DNA from: a virus
Taxonomy: Duplodnaviria; Caudoviricetes
Strand: one strand, 5' to 3'
DNA length: 64,000 nt
Virus record (IMG/VR): IMGVR_UViG_2868946205_000003
Below, piece by piece: positions 1 through 9,409 of the stretch. The notes under the pieces were generated by a model, which was not told the DNA's origin, did not search any database, and saw only the letters and a program-made list of their open reading frames with translations. Numbering within the stretch: the first letter of the stretch is position 1; the number at the start of each line of letters is the position of its first letter. Made by a program: the position numbers and the translations under genes.

Positions 1-1140
1 TCATCCTGCTTTAATCTGAATTGTTAACCAATCTTTACCGCGGTCGTCGTTGTAGCTATCTGTCTGCTGCTGTGATTTATGCCCCAGAAGCATTCGAGTA
101 TCGACGTCACCTTGTTCCCTATAAAGCCGCTCTGCTAATGACCGCTGTTCGTGAAATGTCGGTGGTGTACCGTTTTCCCACACAAGTGCCGTCTTATCTC
201 TGGCTGCACTGAATCGCATCGTAATTGTTCTGGATGCCACGGCAGCGCCACGCTCTGCTTGCGAGGTGGAACGAAAGAAGTGAACCAGATGAGGACTGAC
301 AACGTAATCTCGGCACCGTGCAATGACATCGCGCAGCGTCCATCCTGTGGCATTGGATTTCAGTGACAGTGGAATAGCAACCCGGACACCCGTTTTCTCT
401 TGAACAACATGTAGGTGATCATCCCAGATATCTGAAAATTTCATGTTGGCAATATCACCTAAGCGCTGAGCTGTCACCAGCGCCAGTAACATGGCGTTCC
501 CCATGTATTGATGTTGAGCATTGGCCACGTCAAAAATGGCCCGCCATTCATCCAGATCCAAACGCTGGCGTTGAATTCTTTTACGTGGCTGCTTGGTGGC
601 AAGCGCAGGGTTATAACCAGGGGGAACTTCACCAGCATGCTGCGCCTCTTTGAAAACATCAATGAGGACGGAGCGAACTACCTGGGCCATGCGTGATTGT
701 CCGTTAGCTTTGTAGTCATCCAAAATTTCCGCAATATCTTTAGCCCCTACCTCCGTGAGTAATTTCATTCCTGCGTGCTGATTAAATAAGGATGCGGGTT
801 TATTGCGCTGTTTGTGGGTATTGGGCTTGATGTCGCCAGATTTCAATCTCTCGTCTTGAATCGCTTTATATTTTTCCAACCAACCGCTTACTGTTATACC
901 TTTTCCTGAAATTGCCAGAGTACGCTCCCGGATAGCAAATGCCTGTTTCACCTGCTGTTCGCTAATTCGTAGGTTGGCTTCTATTGCGATTGCGGTAGCG
1001 TCAGCCTCATTTGTTCCAAGTCCGTGCCTTTTACCCGTTAAAGGGTGTTTATATTGCCAATAAACCCGCTTGGTTCGCGGGTCGGTAAAACAAAATAGAT
1101 TTTGTACTTTGATGTTATGTTTCCGAGGTCTACCGGCCAT
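1..1140 (-). CDS. int: Lambda-type tyrosine integrase
   Basis: N-terminal arm-binding domain, catalytic R (AQRLGD), HEQRS, LLGH and Y motifs. Confidence 0.97.
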   Translation of the reverse strand: MAGRPRKHNIKVQNLFCFTDPRTKRVYWQYKHPLTGKRHGLGTNEADATAIAIEANLRISEQQVKQAFAIRERTLAISGKGITVSGWLEKYKAIQDERLKSGDIKPNTHKQRNKPASLFNQHAGMKLLTEVGAKDIAEILDDYKANGQSRMAQVVRSVLIDVFKEAQHAGEVPPGYNPALATKQPRKRIQRQRLDLDEWRAIFDVANAQHQYMGNAMLLALVTAQRLGDIANMKFSDIWDDHLHVVQEKTGVRVAIPLSLKSNATGWTLRDVIARCRDYVVSPHLVHFFRSTSQAERGAAVASRTITMRFSAARDKTALVWENGTPPTFHEQRSLAERLYREQGDVDTRMLLGHKSQQQTDSYNDDRGKDWLTIQIKAG

Positions 1141-1366
1141 CTGAAAGAATCCTTTTCAGTAGTGGGTTATCTGATTTATTTATTGTGGGTTCGGAGATCA
1201 TGCCGATAAAACGCGCATCTTGTTCCACCATCCATTTACGCCCGACTTTTTTCGGTGGTGGGGAAATCATGTTGTGCTTGGCATAGTGATATAGTGTGTT
1301 ATTCGATGGTTTTTCATCACCGAATTCTTCTATTGCCCACACTTTGAGTAAAAGCATTCGCGCCAT
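1130..1366 (-). CDS. xis: Excisionase
   Basis: 78 aa, PPPKKVGRKWMV motif, overlaps the int start. Confidence 0.9.
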   Translation of the reverse strand: MARMLLLKVWAIEEFGDEKPSNNTLYHYAKHNMISPPPKKVGRKWMVEQDARFIGMISEPTINKSDNPLLKRILSDGR

Positions 1367-1444
1367 TGGTCAGTCCTTATAAAAGGCGTGCCAAAGACAC
1401 GCCCGTATTCTGGTCGTTTGGTCTGGGTAAGGAAGGGGCTTTGG

Positions 1445-1852
1445 TTAGTAGAAGGTCCAGTTTTCCGTTTCGGCGTTATGGCCGAAGTGGTATTCGATCT
1501 GCGGGGAGGACAAATCCAGCTTTTTCATTTCTTCAACAACGGTAGTGATAATGGCGATATCCTGATTTAACCGTCTCAGATGATATTTTTTTCGACGTAG
1601 CAGGCTTTCTAACGCAAGCTGTTGTGATGGGAAGGCAAAAGAGCGCTCTGATGATTTTGCGACTTTCTTGATCGCGTATCGCATACTTTTCTTTTTCCAT
1701 CCGTCGAGCCACCGCGCCTTGTCCCTATCGATGTCATAAACCTTAGCCCAGTGAGCAGGGCACCGAAAGGCATAACTATTGGTCTGGTGAAAGGCAATAT
1801 ATTGCTCGGCGATAACTTCAATTCCCGCTTCCTGAACGGTTTCAAAATATCG
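1445..1852 (-). pseudogene. 5'-truncated conserved lambdoid early hypothetical gene
   Basis: The frame of ORF 1445-1684 stays open upstream (RYFETVQEAGIEVIAEQYIAFHQT) to a TGA at 1853-1855 with no start/RBS; resembles a ~150-aa coliphage protein ending FGHNxETENWxFY (recalled). Confidence 0.6.
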
Positions 1853-1863
1853 TCAGTAAGGGG

Positions 1864-1893
1864 ATAGCCGCATCACAGAACAGACGCGGCTAT
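1864..1893 (-). terminator. Hairpin, possible terminator
   Basis: ATAGCCGC...GCGGCTAT inverted repeat after ORF 1913-2719; no good U tract. Confidence 0.4.
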
Positions 1894-1912
1894 GTTATGG
1901 AGATATCAGCGA

Positions 1913-2719
1913 TCAGTAATCGCCGGGGTAATACACCTCGTCAGCGTCGTCCTGATCGAGCACTAACAAGCTGTCACCGTAGTAAAGCGCTGCGACCAGC
2001 TTTTCAAAGCGGGTATAGAAAGCGATAACTTTCTTACCGAGAATATCGCCGTCACATTTCCCTGAATACAGGCCGTAACATTTGATCCCGTCGTGTGTAA
2101 TTTCTTTTTTCTGTCCGTTTTCATATTCGACGGCTTCAGAAAAATAAAGGTTGTTACTAAATTCAAAGGGATGCGTTTTACGTTTGGTGCTCGACCAACT
2201 CCGTTCTTCAAACTGCTCTTTCTCTAATCCTACGCGGAAGCCACCGTACTCACTGTATTCCATCAGTACTTCAGGGCGTTGCCATCCTTCCTGAGCTGCT
2301 GCTTCCTGATGGTCTTCAATAAACGCAGCCCACAGATCGGACGCTTTAATGAATTTTGGGATCTGCTTTTCAGTGATGAACGCAGTGACCTTTTTGCGCA
2401 TCTCCGTCACTAACTGGTCAGATACTGCTTCTTGCTCCCACTGCGTTGCCAGCTCTTTTAACAGCAGAAGGTTATAGCGTGGCAGATCTACGACATCGGT
2501 AATATTGGCGGGGAGGGCAGATTGCAGCGCACGCCTAACGGCATCGGGGAATGTGCCCCAACTGAACGTATCGTTGATGGCCTTTTCATACAGTTTGGCG
2601 ACATGTTCACGAAGCATTGCCTGATACGCATCGGATTTTTCAAACGCGGCACAGTGAGCGGCGATATCGACCGCAAGGCTTGCAGCGTTCACGGTTACTT
2701 CAGTGGTGTTATTGGTCAT
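1913..2719 (-). CDS. Hypothetical phage protein (268 aa)
   Basis: Long ORF starting in the repeated AAGGACTGACCAATG motif. Confidence 0.85.
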   Translation of the reverse strand: MTNNTTEVTVNAASLAVDIAAHCAAFEKSDAYQAMLREHVAKLYEKAINDTFSWGTFPDAVRRALQSALPANITDVVDLPRYNLLLLKELATQWEQEAVSDQLVTEMRKKVTAFITEKQIPKFIKASDLWAAFIEDHQEAAAQEGWQRPEVLMEYSEYGGFRVGLEKEQFEERSWSSTKRKTHPFEFSNNLYFSEAVEYENGQKKEITHDGIKCYGLYSGKCDGDILGKKVIAFYTRFEKLVAALYYGDSLLVLDQDDADEVYYPGDY

Positions 2720-2735
2720 TGGTCAGTCCTTATTT

Positions 2736-3158
2736 TCACATTTCTTTTGTTAAGCGATCCAATATCACCGCTTTAGATGGCAACGGCAGTTGCTGAGCCA
2801 GTTGCCATTGTTTGCGCTGAATTTGGGTTTTGTGCGTCAGCAGTTTACGGATATCGCCAACCGGGATACTGGTATCTTTGGCGATCACGTTTTCGTTGAT
2901 GCCGCGGCGGTGCAACTGATAGATGCTGAGCATGATGGATGACGAGTAATGACGACGTGCGCCAATACGCGGCGTTACTGGTTTCTGTTTCTGAGGATCA
3001 TAGCCCGTGTAAATGGGTTTAGGTTCCGGTTTATACGGTTCCCCCACGCGTATTGATGATCGGGTTCGCATTCGGTAAATGATGACTGGCAGCCAGTTAC
3101 ATTTGTCGTCTTCTGGCTTAAACAGCACGCCAACAGGGTTCAATTTTTCTTCCATCAT
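2736..3158 (-). CDS. Hypothetical protein with probable C-terminal HTH
   Basis: ATGA overlap with upstream gene, GAGG RBS; HTH-like ENVIAKDTSIPVGDIRKLL. Confidence 0.75.
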   Translation of the reverse strand: MMEEKLNPVGVLFKPEDDKCNWLPVIIYRMRTRSSIRVGEPYKPEPKPIYTGYDPQKQKPVTPRIGARRHYSSSIMLSIYQLHRRGINENVIAKDTSIPVGDIRKLLTHKTQIQRKQWQLAQQLPLPSKAVILDRLTKEM

Positions 3159-4294
3159 GCCGCCTCGTTCTGTTTTTGTGCCAATTCCCAATCCTTTACT
3201 AGCCCCATGCACTTCGCATGTACCTGACGGGCAGTACTGATCCCAAAACCTTTCACTTTCTCGGCCAGCGCATCCGGTGTGCGGCGAACCACATCAAACA
3301 TCGAGTGAATGCCCGCTGCGCTGAGTAGGTCGAGGTGTTGCTCTTTCAACGGAAGCGAACCGGCCAGCACGGATTCCGCCCATTCAGCACGCCGAACTAA
3401 GTGAGGATGCGTTGCTTCCAGCAGCTCACGAATACGTGCGGTAATGGCTTCCGTTAAGCCATCCGGCCATGAGTCTCTGAAGTTTTCTACGGTGGGGTAG
3501 ATTGGTGCCGCCCATTCCGACACTGACACGATCATGCAGATACCGATGGTGCTGCGGATCTCAAGGTGCCAGTCGATATCGTTCAGGATTTTTACGTCAT
3601 ACTCAGGGGAATAAAGCTGTAATCCCCATTGGAAGGTGTAGAAATAGAACTGCACGCCGTTGGCGGCCTGCCAATAGCGTTGCTCAACGTCACCATCAGC
3701 ACGCTGTAGGCGTGCCCTCATATCCGCGATCGCGTGATTCAACTCATCGTTGAGCTGAACCATCGTTGATAGCTTGCTGGTTTTATCAGCCGCTTCCTTC
3801 TTCAACCGACGAATTTCAGCCAGTTGCTGATCGCGTAGCGTGCGACTGTCGTTCAAGTCGTTTTTTACGCGTGCCAGTTGTGCTTTAAGGCGCTCAGGGT
3901 TGAGGGATTTCAACTGGTTCAACTCGGTTGCCAACATCCCTTTTTCGGTGATGGCCAGCTTATATTTTGCAGTGACGCTATCGCGCTCGGCAGTGGCTTC
4001 GGCGGCTACCAGTTCTGCACTTTCAACACGTTCCTGAACCTGTGTCAGCGCTAATGCTTTGGTGGTCAGGTCGTTTTCGGCAGCCTCCAGCCGGTCAATA
4101 ATGGCGTTGTAATAATCGACTTCTTTATTCAGTTGCTCGATGCACAGGGTCTGTACTTGATCTAATAAAACCGTCGCGCTTTCGACGGAGCGCTGAACGA
4201 TCCCCGTGGTTTGTTCGATAGCTAAATCGAGTTGCGCCCGAACGGGGCGCAGGGAAGACTCCAACACGCCAGCGGCGGTTGTCGTGGTTGTCAT
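3155..4294 (-). CDS. Coiled-coil protein with C-terminal helix-hairpin-helix-like domain
   Basis: Heptad-rich first ~200 aa; C-terminal LAEKVKGFGISTARQV. Confidence 0.8.
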   Translation of the reverse strand: MTTTTTAAGVLESSLRPVRAQLDLAIEQTTGIVQRSVESATVLLDQVQTLCIEQLNKEVDYYNAIIDRLEAAENDLTTKALALTQVQERVESAELVAAEATAERDSVTAKYKLAITEKGMLATELNQLKSLNPERLKAQLARVKNDLNDSRTLRDQQLAEIRRLKKEAADKTSKLSTMVQLNDELNHAIADMRARLQRADGDVEQRYWQAANGVQFYFYTFQWGLQLYSPEYDVKILNDIDWHLEIRSTIGICMIVSVSEWAAPIYPTVENFRDSWPDGLTEAITARIRELLEATHPHLVRRAEWAESVLAGSLPLKEQHLDLLSAAGIHSMFDVVRRTPDALAEKVKGFGISTARQVHAKCMGLVKDWELAQKQNEAA

Positions 4295-4332
4295 AATGAT
4301 TTCCTGATGTTATCCCCAGTAAGGGGGAAGAA

Positions 4333-5883
4333 TTAATTACGGAGGGTGAATGAGCGGACGAGATTGTTGGCGACGGCATCCAGTAATTTTTTAGCTGTTG
4401 CCTTGGTGATCTTAATTTCAACACTAGCCAAATCTACCAGCAGCAAATCCAGTAGCCATTTAAGGTCAGGCTGCGTTGCGGCAGGTTGAGAGGCTTCGCC
4501 CAGCTTTTCCGGCCAGTTGACGGTGCCTGGTGGATAGAGAGGTGTGCGAGCTACTTGTGTAAGAGGCTCGGTTACCGTTTGCTGTGCCTGCAAGCGTTCT
4601 TCTTCCAATTTTTTCTGGTTAGAAACACGCTGCTCGATCAATAAACTAATATGATCTGGGCTATTACCAACGAGCTGGTTCAGATCGGCAAACAGGTTTT
4701 TATACTCTGGCGGCACAGCATCAAATAGCTTTAGATTGTCACGGTACTGTGTGGCTATTTGATTCGCCTCGACCTTTGCCCGAGCCAATTCGTCGTTTGC
4801 TGCACCGTGCAGAGAAACTAGCGTTTTCTTGCCCTTAATCACACTGACGAAATCCGCAGGGACTGGCGGGAGTCGGACAACTGCCAGATCAGCATTCAGC
4901 ACATTGATGTGCTGCGCCAAATCCTCTTTTGCTTTGCTAATAATCTCTGCGCGGATCTCGTCTTTACGTGATTTTACCAGCCGCGTGATCTCCAGCCGTT
5001 TGCCGCGCATTTCCTCGCGTAGGGTATCGATGGTGCGGAATAGCTGATCAATCTGCACCGTTTGCGAAAGCGCCTGCTGCTTAATCAGATCCAGCTCTTT
5101 TTCTGCTTTATCACAGAATTTGGCCGTTTCTTCCGCATCAGCAAAATCCTGATCGGTGGTCAGATTGGTGTTGATGGCACGGATAAAGGCCAACGCCTTC
5201 CCTTCATAAACTGCCAGGTTGGACTGCTTCACTGTTCCTTCAATTTCAACCAGTAACGCAGGCAGACGCATAATCGCTTTACCCTGTGGTAATTCGTTAA
5301 TAACAGGAGCGGCATAGTTATTCAGATCCTGTTCAAACTGTTCCCATCCAGCGAGTAGGGCAGCAGCACGCCCGGCGACGGGAAGGTATTCCGTCCAGGC
5401 GAAATTGTCTTCCGTGCCATCGGATACCACAAAAATGGCGCGTCTGGCCTCACTGACCAGCAGTTGCTGTTCTAACTGCCAGTAATACTCAGACGGCAGG
5501 TCGTGATTGTTAACGTGTTCGGCTAATGATGCGTTCCACATCTTATGTTCAAACACGGTATCTTCCATCATGGTGATACCGTCGAATGACGCCAGTAAGC
5601 GCTCATCGTCAGAAACGGCTGTTGCGGGGAAGAGTTCGTCGCCGATAATCCCTTCGACGATGCAGCGCGCGGCGGCTTCGTACTCATGGCCTTTATCGAA
5701 CAGATTTTTCTGCACCCACTCGCTCACTTCGCGTTCGGTTCCGGTCGCTTTCATGCGCAGCAACTCATCGCGGCGCATTTTGCTGGAAGCCGCCATCATC
5801 ACGGGGGCTTCGCTGGCGGTGAAATGTTTGGCACGCAGTGCGTGCCATGCGTCTGTGCCCTGTTGGACATTAATGATTTGCAT
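4333..5883 (-). CDS. YqaJ-family phage exonuclease with long helical extension
   Basis: QGTDAWHALRAKHFTASEAP, ASFDG and FEHK nuclease motifs; start overlaps the bet end. Confidence 0.93.
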   Translation of the reverse strand: MQIINVQQGTDAWHALRAKHFTASEAPVMMAASSKMRRDELLRMKATGTEREVSEWVQKNLFDKGHEYEAAARCIVEGIIGDELFPATAVSDDERLLASFDGITMMEDTVFEHKMWNASLAEHVNNHDLPSEYYWQLEQQLLVSEARRAIFVVSDGTEDNFAWTEYLPVAGRAAALLAGWEQFEQDLNNYAAPVINELPQGKAIMRLPALLVEIEGTVKQSNLAVYEGKALAFIRAINTNLTTDQDFADAEETAKFCDKAEKELDLIKQQALSQTVQIDQLFRTIDTLREEMRGKRLEITRLVKSRKDEIRAEIISKAKEDLAQHINVLNADLAVVRLPPVPADFVSVIKGKKTLVSLHGAANDELARAKVEANQIATQYRDNLKLFDAVPPEYKNLFADLNQLVGNSPDHISLLIEQRVSNQKKLEEERLQAQQTVTEPLTQVARTPLYPPGTVNWPEKLGEASQPAATQPDLKWLLDLLLVDLASVEIKITKATAKKLLDAVANNLVRSFTLRN

Positions 5884-6712
5884 GAGGTGGCTCCAGATCG
5901 CGGATCGCGAGGATTTGTTCTTCGGAAAGGGTGTATTTGCTGCTGGCGGTAGCGATAATTTGCTGCGCGGTTTTCTTGCCACTTTCCATCAGTTGTTGCC
6001 AGGCGGTCAGATTGGCGGAGAAACGCTCTTGTGGGTAATAGGGAATTGCCAATGTTTCAGATGTTGCTGCCTTTGGCGTAATATCCCGGGCATTGTTGTA
6101 ATCCAGATCCTTGCCTTCCATTTCTTCCGCCGTGGGCTGCTGGCCGATTTCAGGCCATGCCTTACGCAACGCCTGAGCCTCTGCACATTTTGCTAATTGC
6201 GCATAAGGGCGGCGTTTCCACATGGCATTGGGGGCTTTGGTGTCTTTGCTGGCGGTGGCGTAGTTCTCCAGCCAATACTCTTTGGCGCTGAACTCCACGA
6301 TGTGACCGTCAGGCATCAGCTTATAGACGGTGTATTTGCACCAGGCAGGAAAGGTGATTTCGACTTCATTCAGCTTATGAATCGTATCAGGTCCGAACTC
6401 TGGTTCTTTTGCGCCGGCGTAACTGCCTGAGCGGTCGGCTTGAATGCGATATAGGCCAATGCCAGGCATGACCACATCACGCCACCCATACTGCCCTGAT
6501 TGAGCATCTTTAACGTTCATGGGCACGAGATGAACGGGTTTCATCAGCGGATCGAGGCTACGGGCGTGGCAGTAATTCACTGCCAGAATGATGGATTCTT
6601 CTTTGGCTCCCGGAAAAACGCTGCTTTTCAGCGCGCTCCAGGTCGGCTCATCAATGCCGAGACTTGCCATCGTCGGCGGCAACGCCGAGTTGGCAACAGT
6701 GTTGTTGGTCAT
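5870..6712 (-). CDS. bet: Phage recombination protein Bet (ssDNA annealing)
   Basis: LDPLMKPVHLVP, GIGLYRIQADRSG, QLAKCAEAQALRKAWP motifs; paired with the exonuclease. Confidence 0.93.
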   Translation of the reverse strand: MTNNTVANSALPPTMASLGIDEPTWSALKSSVFPGAKEESIILAVNYCHARSLDPLMKPVHLVPMNVKDAQSGQYGWRDVVMPGIGLYRIQADRSGSYAGAKEPEFGPDTIHKLNEVEITFPAWCKYTVYKLMPDGHIVEFSAKEYWLENYATASKDTKAPNAMWKRRPYAQLAKCAEAQALRKAWPEIGQQPTAEEMEGKDLDYNNARDITPKAATSETLAIPYYPQERFSANLTAWQQLMESGKKTAQQIIATASSKYTLSEEQILAIRDLEPPHANH

Positions 6713-6724
6713 GGTCAGTCCTTA

Positions 6725-6871
6725 TTACAGAATTAATGACAAAACAGAAAACGCAGCCGCGATGACGACGATCGGGAATATCAGGCCATTTGTCTGCTGT
6801 GGATGTTGGTGAATATTGTGGCTACCGACGCGGTGGCGGTACTGGATATGTTTAACGGAGGTCGAGGGCAT
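6725..6871 (-). CDS. Small protein (48 aa) with C-terminal transmembrane helix
   Basis: Not in ORF track; AAGGAG RBS, MPSTSVKHIQYRHR...LIFPIVVIAAAFSVLSLIL, stop abuts the bet RBS. Confidence 0.7.
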   Translation of the reverse strand: MPSTSVKHIQYRHRVGSHNIHQHPQQTNGLIFPIVVIAAAFSVLSLIL

Positions 6872-6904
6872 GGTATGCTCCTTGGCGATCGGGTTGGTCC
6901 CCGA

Positions 6905-6928
6905 TCAACTGCTAATGACTATGGTCAT
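6905..6928 (-). other. 7-codon mini-ORF MTIVISS starting in the conserved start motif
   Basis: ATAAGGACTGACCA-ATG ACC ATA GTC ATT AGC AGT TGA. Confidence 0.5.
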
Positions 6929-7009
6929 TGGTCAGTCCTTATGGTCAACGGTTTGGTCGCTGTTGACCGGGATAGCCCCGGTGCAAACTGGGGCTTTTCT
7001 CTTTTTGGG

Positions 7010-7345
7010 CTACCAGAGAAATTCATCGGGTACGCTGTTCTCTTCAACGTCCAGTTCGCTGATGCGCTCAGTCGCTGCCGTCATGAAAAACAACCTTTCC
7101 TGAAACTCGCCCAAACACTCAGCCATTTCCGGCGATTCGATTAATCGAAGAATTGGCCGTTTCTCAATACCAGAAACACACTCGGATACGATGAGCTGCT
7201 TCAGGCGATCGGTAAAATTTCCGTTTTGGCGCAGTAATTCGATACGTTCTTCCAGTACCGCCTTTTCCCTAGGGTTGGTATGCAGCTTGTGCTCATACCG
7301 TTCAAGCCGTTCCTCCCGCATTCGTTGGTAGTTGTATTCGTTCAT
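7010..7345 (-). CDS. Hypothetical phage protein (111 aa)
   Basis: GAGG RBS, operon position. Confidence 0.8.
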   Translation of the reverse strand: MNEYNYQRMREERLERYEHKLHTNPREKAVLEERIELLRQNGNFTDRLKQLIVSECVSGIEKRPILRLIESPEMAECLGEFQERLFFMTAATERISELDVEENSVPDEFLW

Positions 7346-7421
7346 CGGAAACCTCGCTTTTTGCCAATAAACTTACTCATGCGCCCTGAATGAGCAGGGC
7401 ACATGGTGAAAGCCTACTGAG

Positions 7422-7682
7422 TTACTCTTCGGTCTTTTCCTCGTTGATGCGCTGATAAGGGAAGCGATCGGTGTGAGGTTTGATGTTGCGATAGAAGTGG
7501 CTACCGACTGAATCAGCACCGGAGAACGCAGCGAAGTCGTCGGTTTTCACGTTGCTGTAGTGATACAGGCTGCCCGGCGCGTCGCCACGACCGTTGAAAC
7601 GAATGGCCAGCGTGTTGGTTACTGGGTCGTGACCGATGCTGTGGATCTGAGATGATTTAACGGGGGTCATGCTGATGGTCAT
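7422..7682 (-). CDS. KTSC domain protein
   Basis: PVKSSQIHSIGHD...YHYSNV...ADSVGSHFYRNIK; start at the motif variant AAGGACTCACCAATG. Confidence 0.9.
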   Translation of the reverse strand: MTISMTPVKSSQIHSIGHDPVTNTLAIRFNGRGDAPGSLYHYSNVKTDDFAAFSGADSVGSHFYRNIKPHTDRFPYQRINEEKTEE

Positions 7683-7705
7683 TGGTGAGTCCTTATCGAA
7701 AGAAA

Positions 7706-7795
7706 TAAAAAAGCCACCCGAAGGTGGCCGTGGTTGCCCTGGTGAGGCGTAAAACTCGCTTTTCAGGCGAAAAAAAAGCCCACCGAAGTGAGCTT
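7706..7795 (-). terminator. Two tandem intrinsic terminators downstream of N (tL-like)
   Basis: GC hairpins with TTCG loops followed by T runs on the minus strand. Confidence 0.8.
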
Positions 7796-7806
7796 GAGTT
7801 AGGTAT

Positions 7807-8079
7807 TTAGTAAACGCCGCGTGGCATTTTGCTGTTGCCGCGTATTTTCTGACGTCCGACTGCTGAGTAGCCAACGTAACGATCTGGATCGCTACCGTCG
7901 TTGGTTTTAACTGAACACAATTTTTTAGGTTGGGCAGGGTGGTCTGTAATTGAATGGCAACTCACAGCAGCCTGAACTGCTCTTGTTACGCGGTCACTTT
8001 TTCGCTGAGTGATACGCTGAAGGTTCTCTACGCACTGGCGCGCATTTGCAGTGCGGCGTTTTTTACGTGGCTTGGTCAT
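7807..8079 (-). CDS. N-like antitermination protein
   Basis: Arg/Lys-rich N-terminus; ENLQRI and GRQKIRG resemble lambda N (ESNLQRI, GRQKIKG); early in the pL operon. Confidence 0.75.
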   Translation of the reverse strand: MTKPRKKRRTANARQCVENLQRITQRKSDRVTRAVQAAVSCHSITDHPAQPKKLCSVKTNDGSDPDRYVGYSAVGRQKIRGNSKMPRGVY

Positions 8080-8206
8080 TGGTCAGTCCTTATGGTTTGC
8101 TTTGGTGGTTTAGTGGCGGGCGCTGAACTCCGCATTAGGGGTTTGCGATGAGAGAATCCACCCAAATCTTCTCCTATCATCGCAATGAGTGAATCAGCCT
8201 TCACAT

Positions 8207-8395
8207 TCACCACACCCCAAAGAAAACCAGCCACACTCTCGCAGTGGCCGCGCTCATGCCTTTGAGTTTCTGCCGCTCAATCGCCGCTAATAACCGGTGC
8301 TCGTTTGGCGGTCGAGCTGCTCTACCGGTGCGCTTGATCCAAGTTAACCCTGACCAGTGCGCTCTCAGCTTTTTACCTGAGACTGGCTCCCTCAA
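8207..8395 (-). CDS. Small hypothetical ORF in the pL leader
   Basis: 62-codon ORF only; region may be non-coding. Confidence 0.3.
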   Translation of the reverse strand: MREPVSGKKLRAHWSGLTWIKRTGRAARPPNEHRLLAAIERQKLKGMSAATARVWLVFFGVW

Positions 8396-8559
8396 CCGAG
8401 ATTCGGGGCAGCGTCATTACTGCTGCGTTGGCACTACTTGCCGCGGCCTATCCGCGCTGTTACTTCATCTTGATATCCTCCAATGTTGATAACGCTCATG
8501 TTTAGCCGTAGCCGTCGCACCGGTACATGCAGACCGTTGGTATGTGCAACTTAACCTGG

Positions 8560-8634
8560 TTTTTAAAGAGCGTATCCGCTTGGGATGAAATAAATATAAC
8601 CAAAGCTATTTTGAGTGTAAATAGCTTTGGTTGT
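8560..8634 (-). promoter_or_regulatory. pL promoter with OL operators and boxA
   Basis: TTTACA-17-TATATT; 14-bp operators at 8596-8609 and 8621-8634 match the OR sites; boxA-like CGCTCTTTAAAAA at 8560-8572. Confidence 0.85.
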
Positions 8635-8750
8635 TTTTGCGTGGTTTATTGACGTTTGCTATTGAACAAAAAGGATATTTATTTTTTACCTGTCCGATGT
8701 ATAAACTTCACTTCGATGAACTTGTGGCTTTATGAACTTAAGGAAGAGTT

Positions 8751-9035
8751 ATGATTTTTGTCCGTTCAGAAAACATAAAAAGTAATAATTGGTCAGGGAA
8801 TATCGCGTGGGGATACTGCGGGGTAGGAGGAACATTTGGGCATCTTGCTATTGTGATCATGGTTTTCTATGGAGTTTATGCCGCCCATATTGGTATGGGA
8901 TTCTGGCGTCTGGCGCGGAAGCTGTCAGAGGTTAAGACGTTCCTGCTGCGATGTCTGGCTGCTGTTTGTGTGATGGCTGGCATATCGGCGATCTTTAACG
9001 GGCTGGCTTTAGTGTTCGCGCTACTACTTGTCTAA
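8751..9035 (+). CDS. Small membrane protein (accessory gene between pL and the cI operon)
   Basis: AAGGAAG RBS, two hydrophobic segments. Confidence 0.6.
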   Translation: MIFVRSENIKSNNWSGNIAWGYCGVGGTFGHLAIVIMVFYGVYAAHIGMGFWRLARKLSEVKTFLLRCLAAVCVMAGISAIFNGLALVFALLLV

Positions 9036-9097
9036 GATTCAGAAAGAAAACCCAGCGTGAACTGGGCTGGAGCAGATAATGATTTTTACAGGGCAAT

Positions 9098-9409
9098 TCA
9101 GAATATAAATCGCGCAACGGCAAGAGAAATGGCCGCAGTGGCAATGATTGTCGCTGCTAACCACTTAGTTTGCTTGCCAATTTCTTCATGTAAATCGGCT
9201 TTTGTTGCGTAATTTGATTTGATTACTGCGATATCTGTGCGCAGGTCTGACATAATGCCTTCGAGTTTTTCAACGCGTTTTTCTAACATGTCATCACCTC
9301 CACCACTTCCACCATCATGAAATGAATTATGGGGGGAATGTGTACCAGAATCAACATTACGCTTCTTTGCGTCACCGATGTTAAATACTTGAGCCATGTT
9401 ATTCCCCAT
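9098..9409 (-). CDS. Coiled-coil protein with C-terminal TM anchor
   Basis: [18 protein letters not shown]...ATKADL...[23 protein letters not shown]; downstream of cI. Confidence 0.8.
   Translation of the reverse strand: MGNNMAQVFNIGDAKKRNVDSGTHSPHNSFHDGGSGGGDDMLEKRVEKLEGIMSDLRTDIAVIKSNYATKADLHEEIGKQTKWLAATIIATAAISLAVARFIF

Noticed and set aside
5507-6196. Long antisense ORFs in the track (e.g. 5507-6196, 30203-30940, 32925-33611)
   Set aside because: Shadows of real genes on the opposite strand, with no RBS or recognisable motifs
8788-8796. ATTGGTCAG partial antisense seed
   Set aside because: Only 9 nt, inside an ORF; compatible with chance
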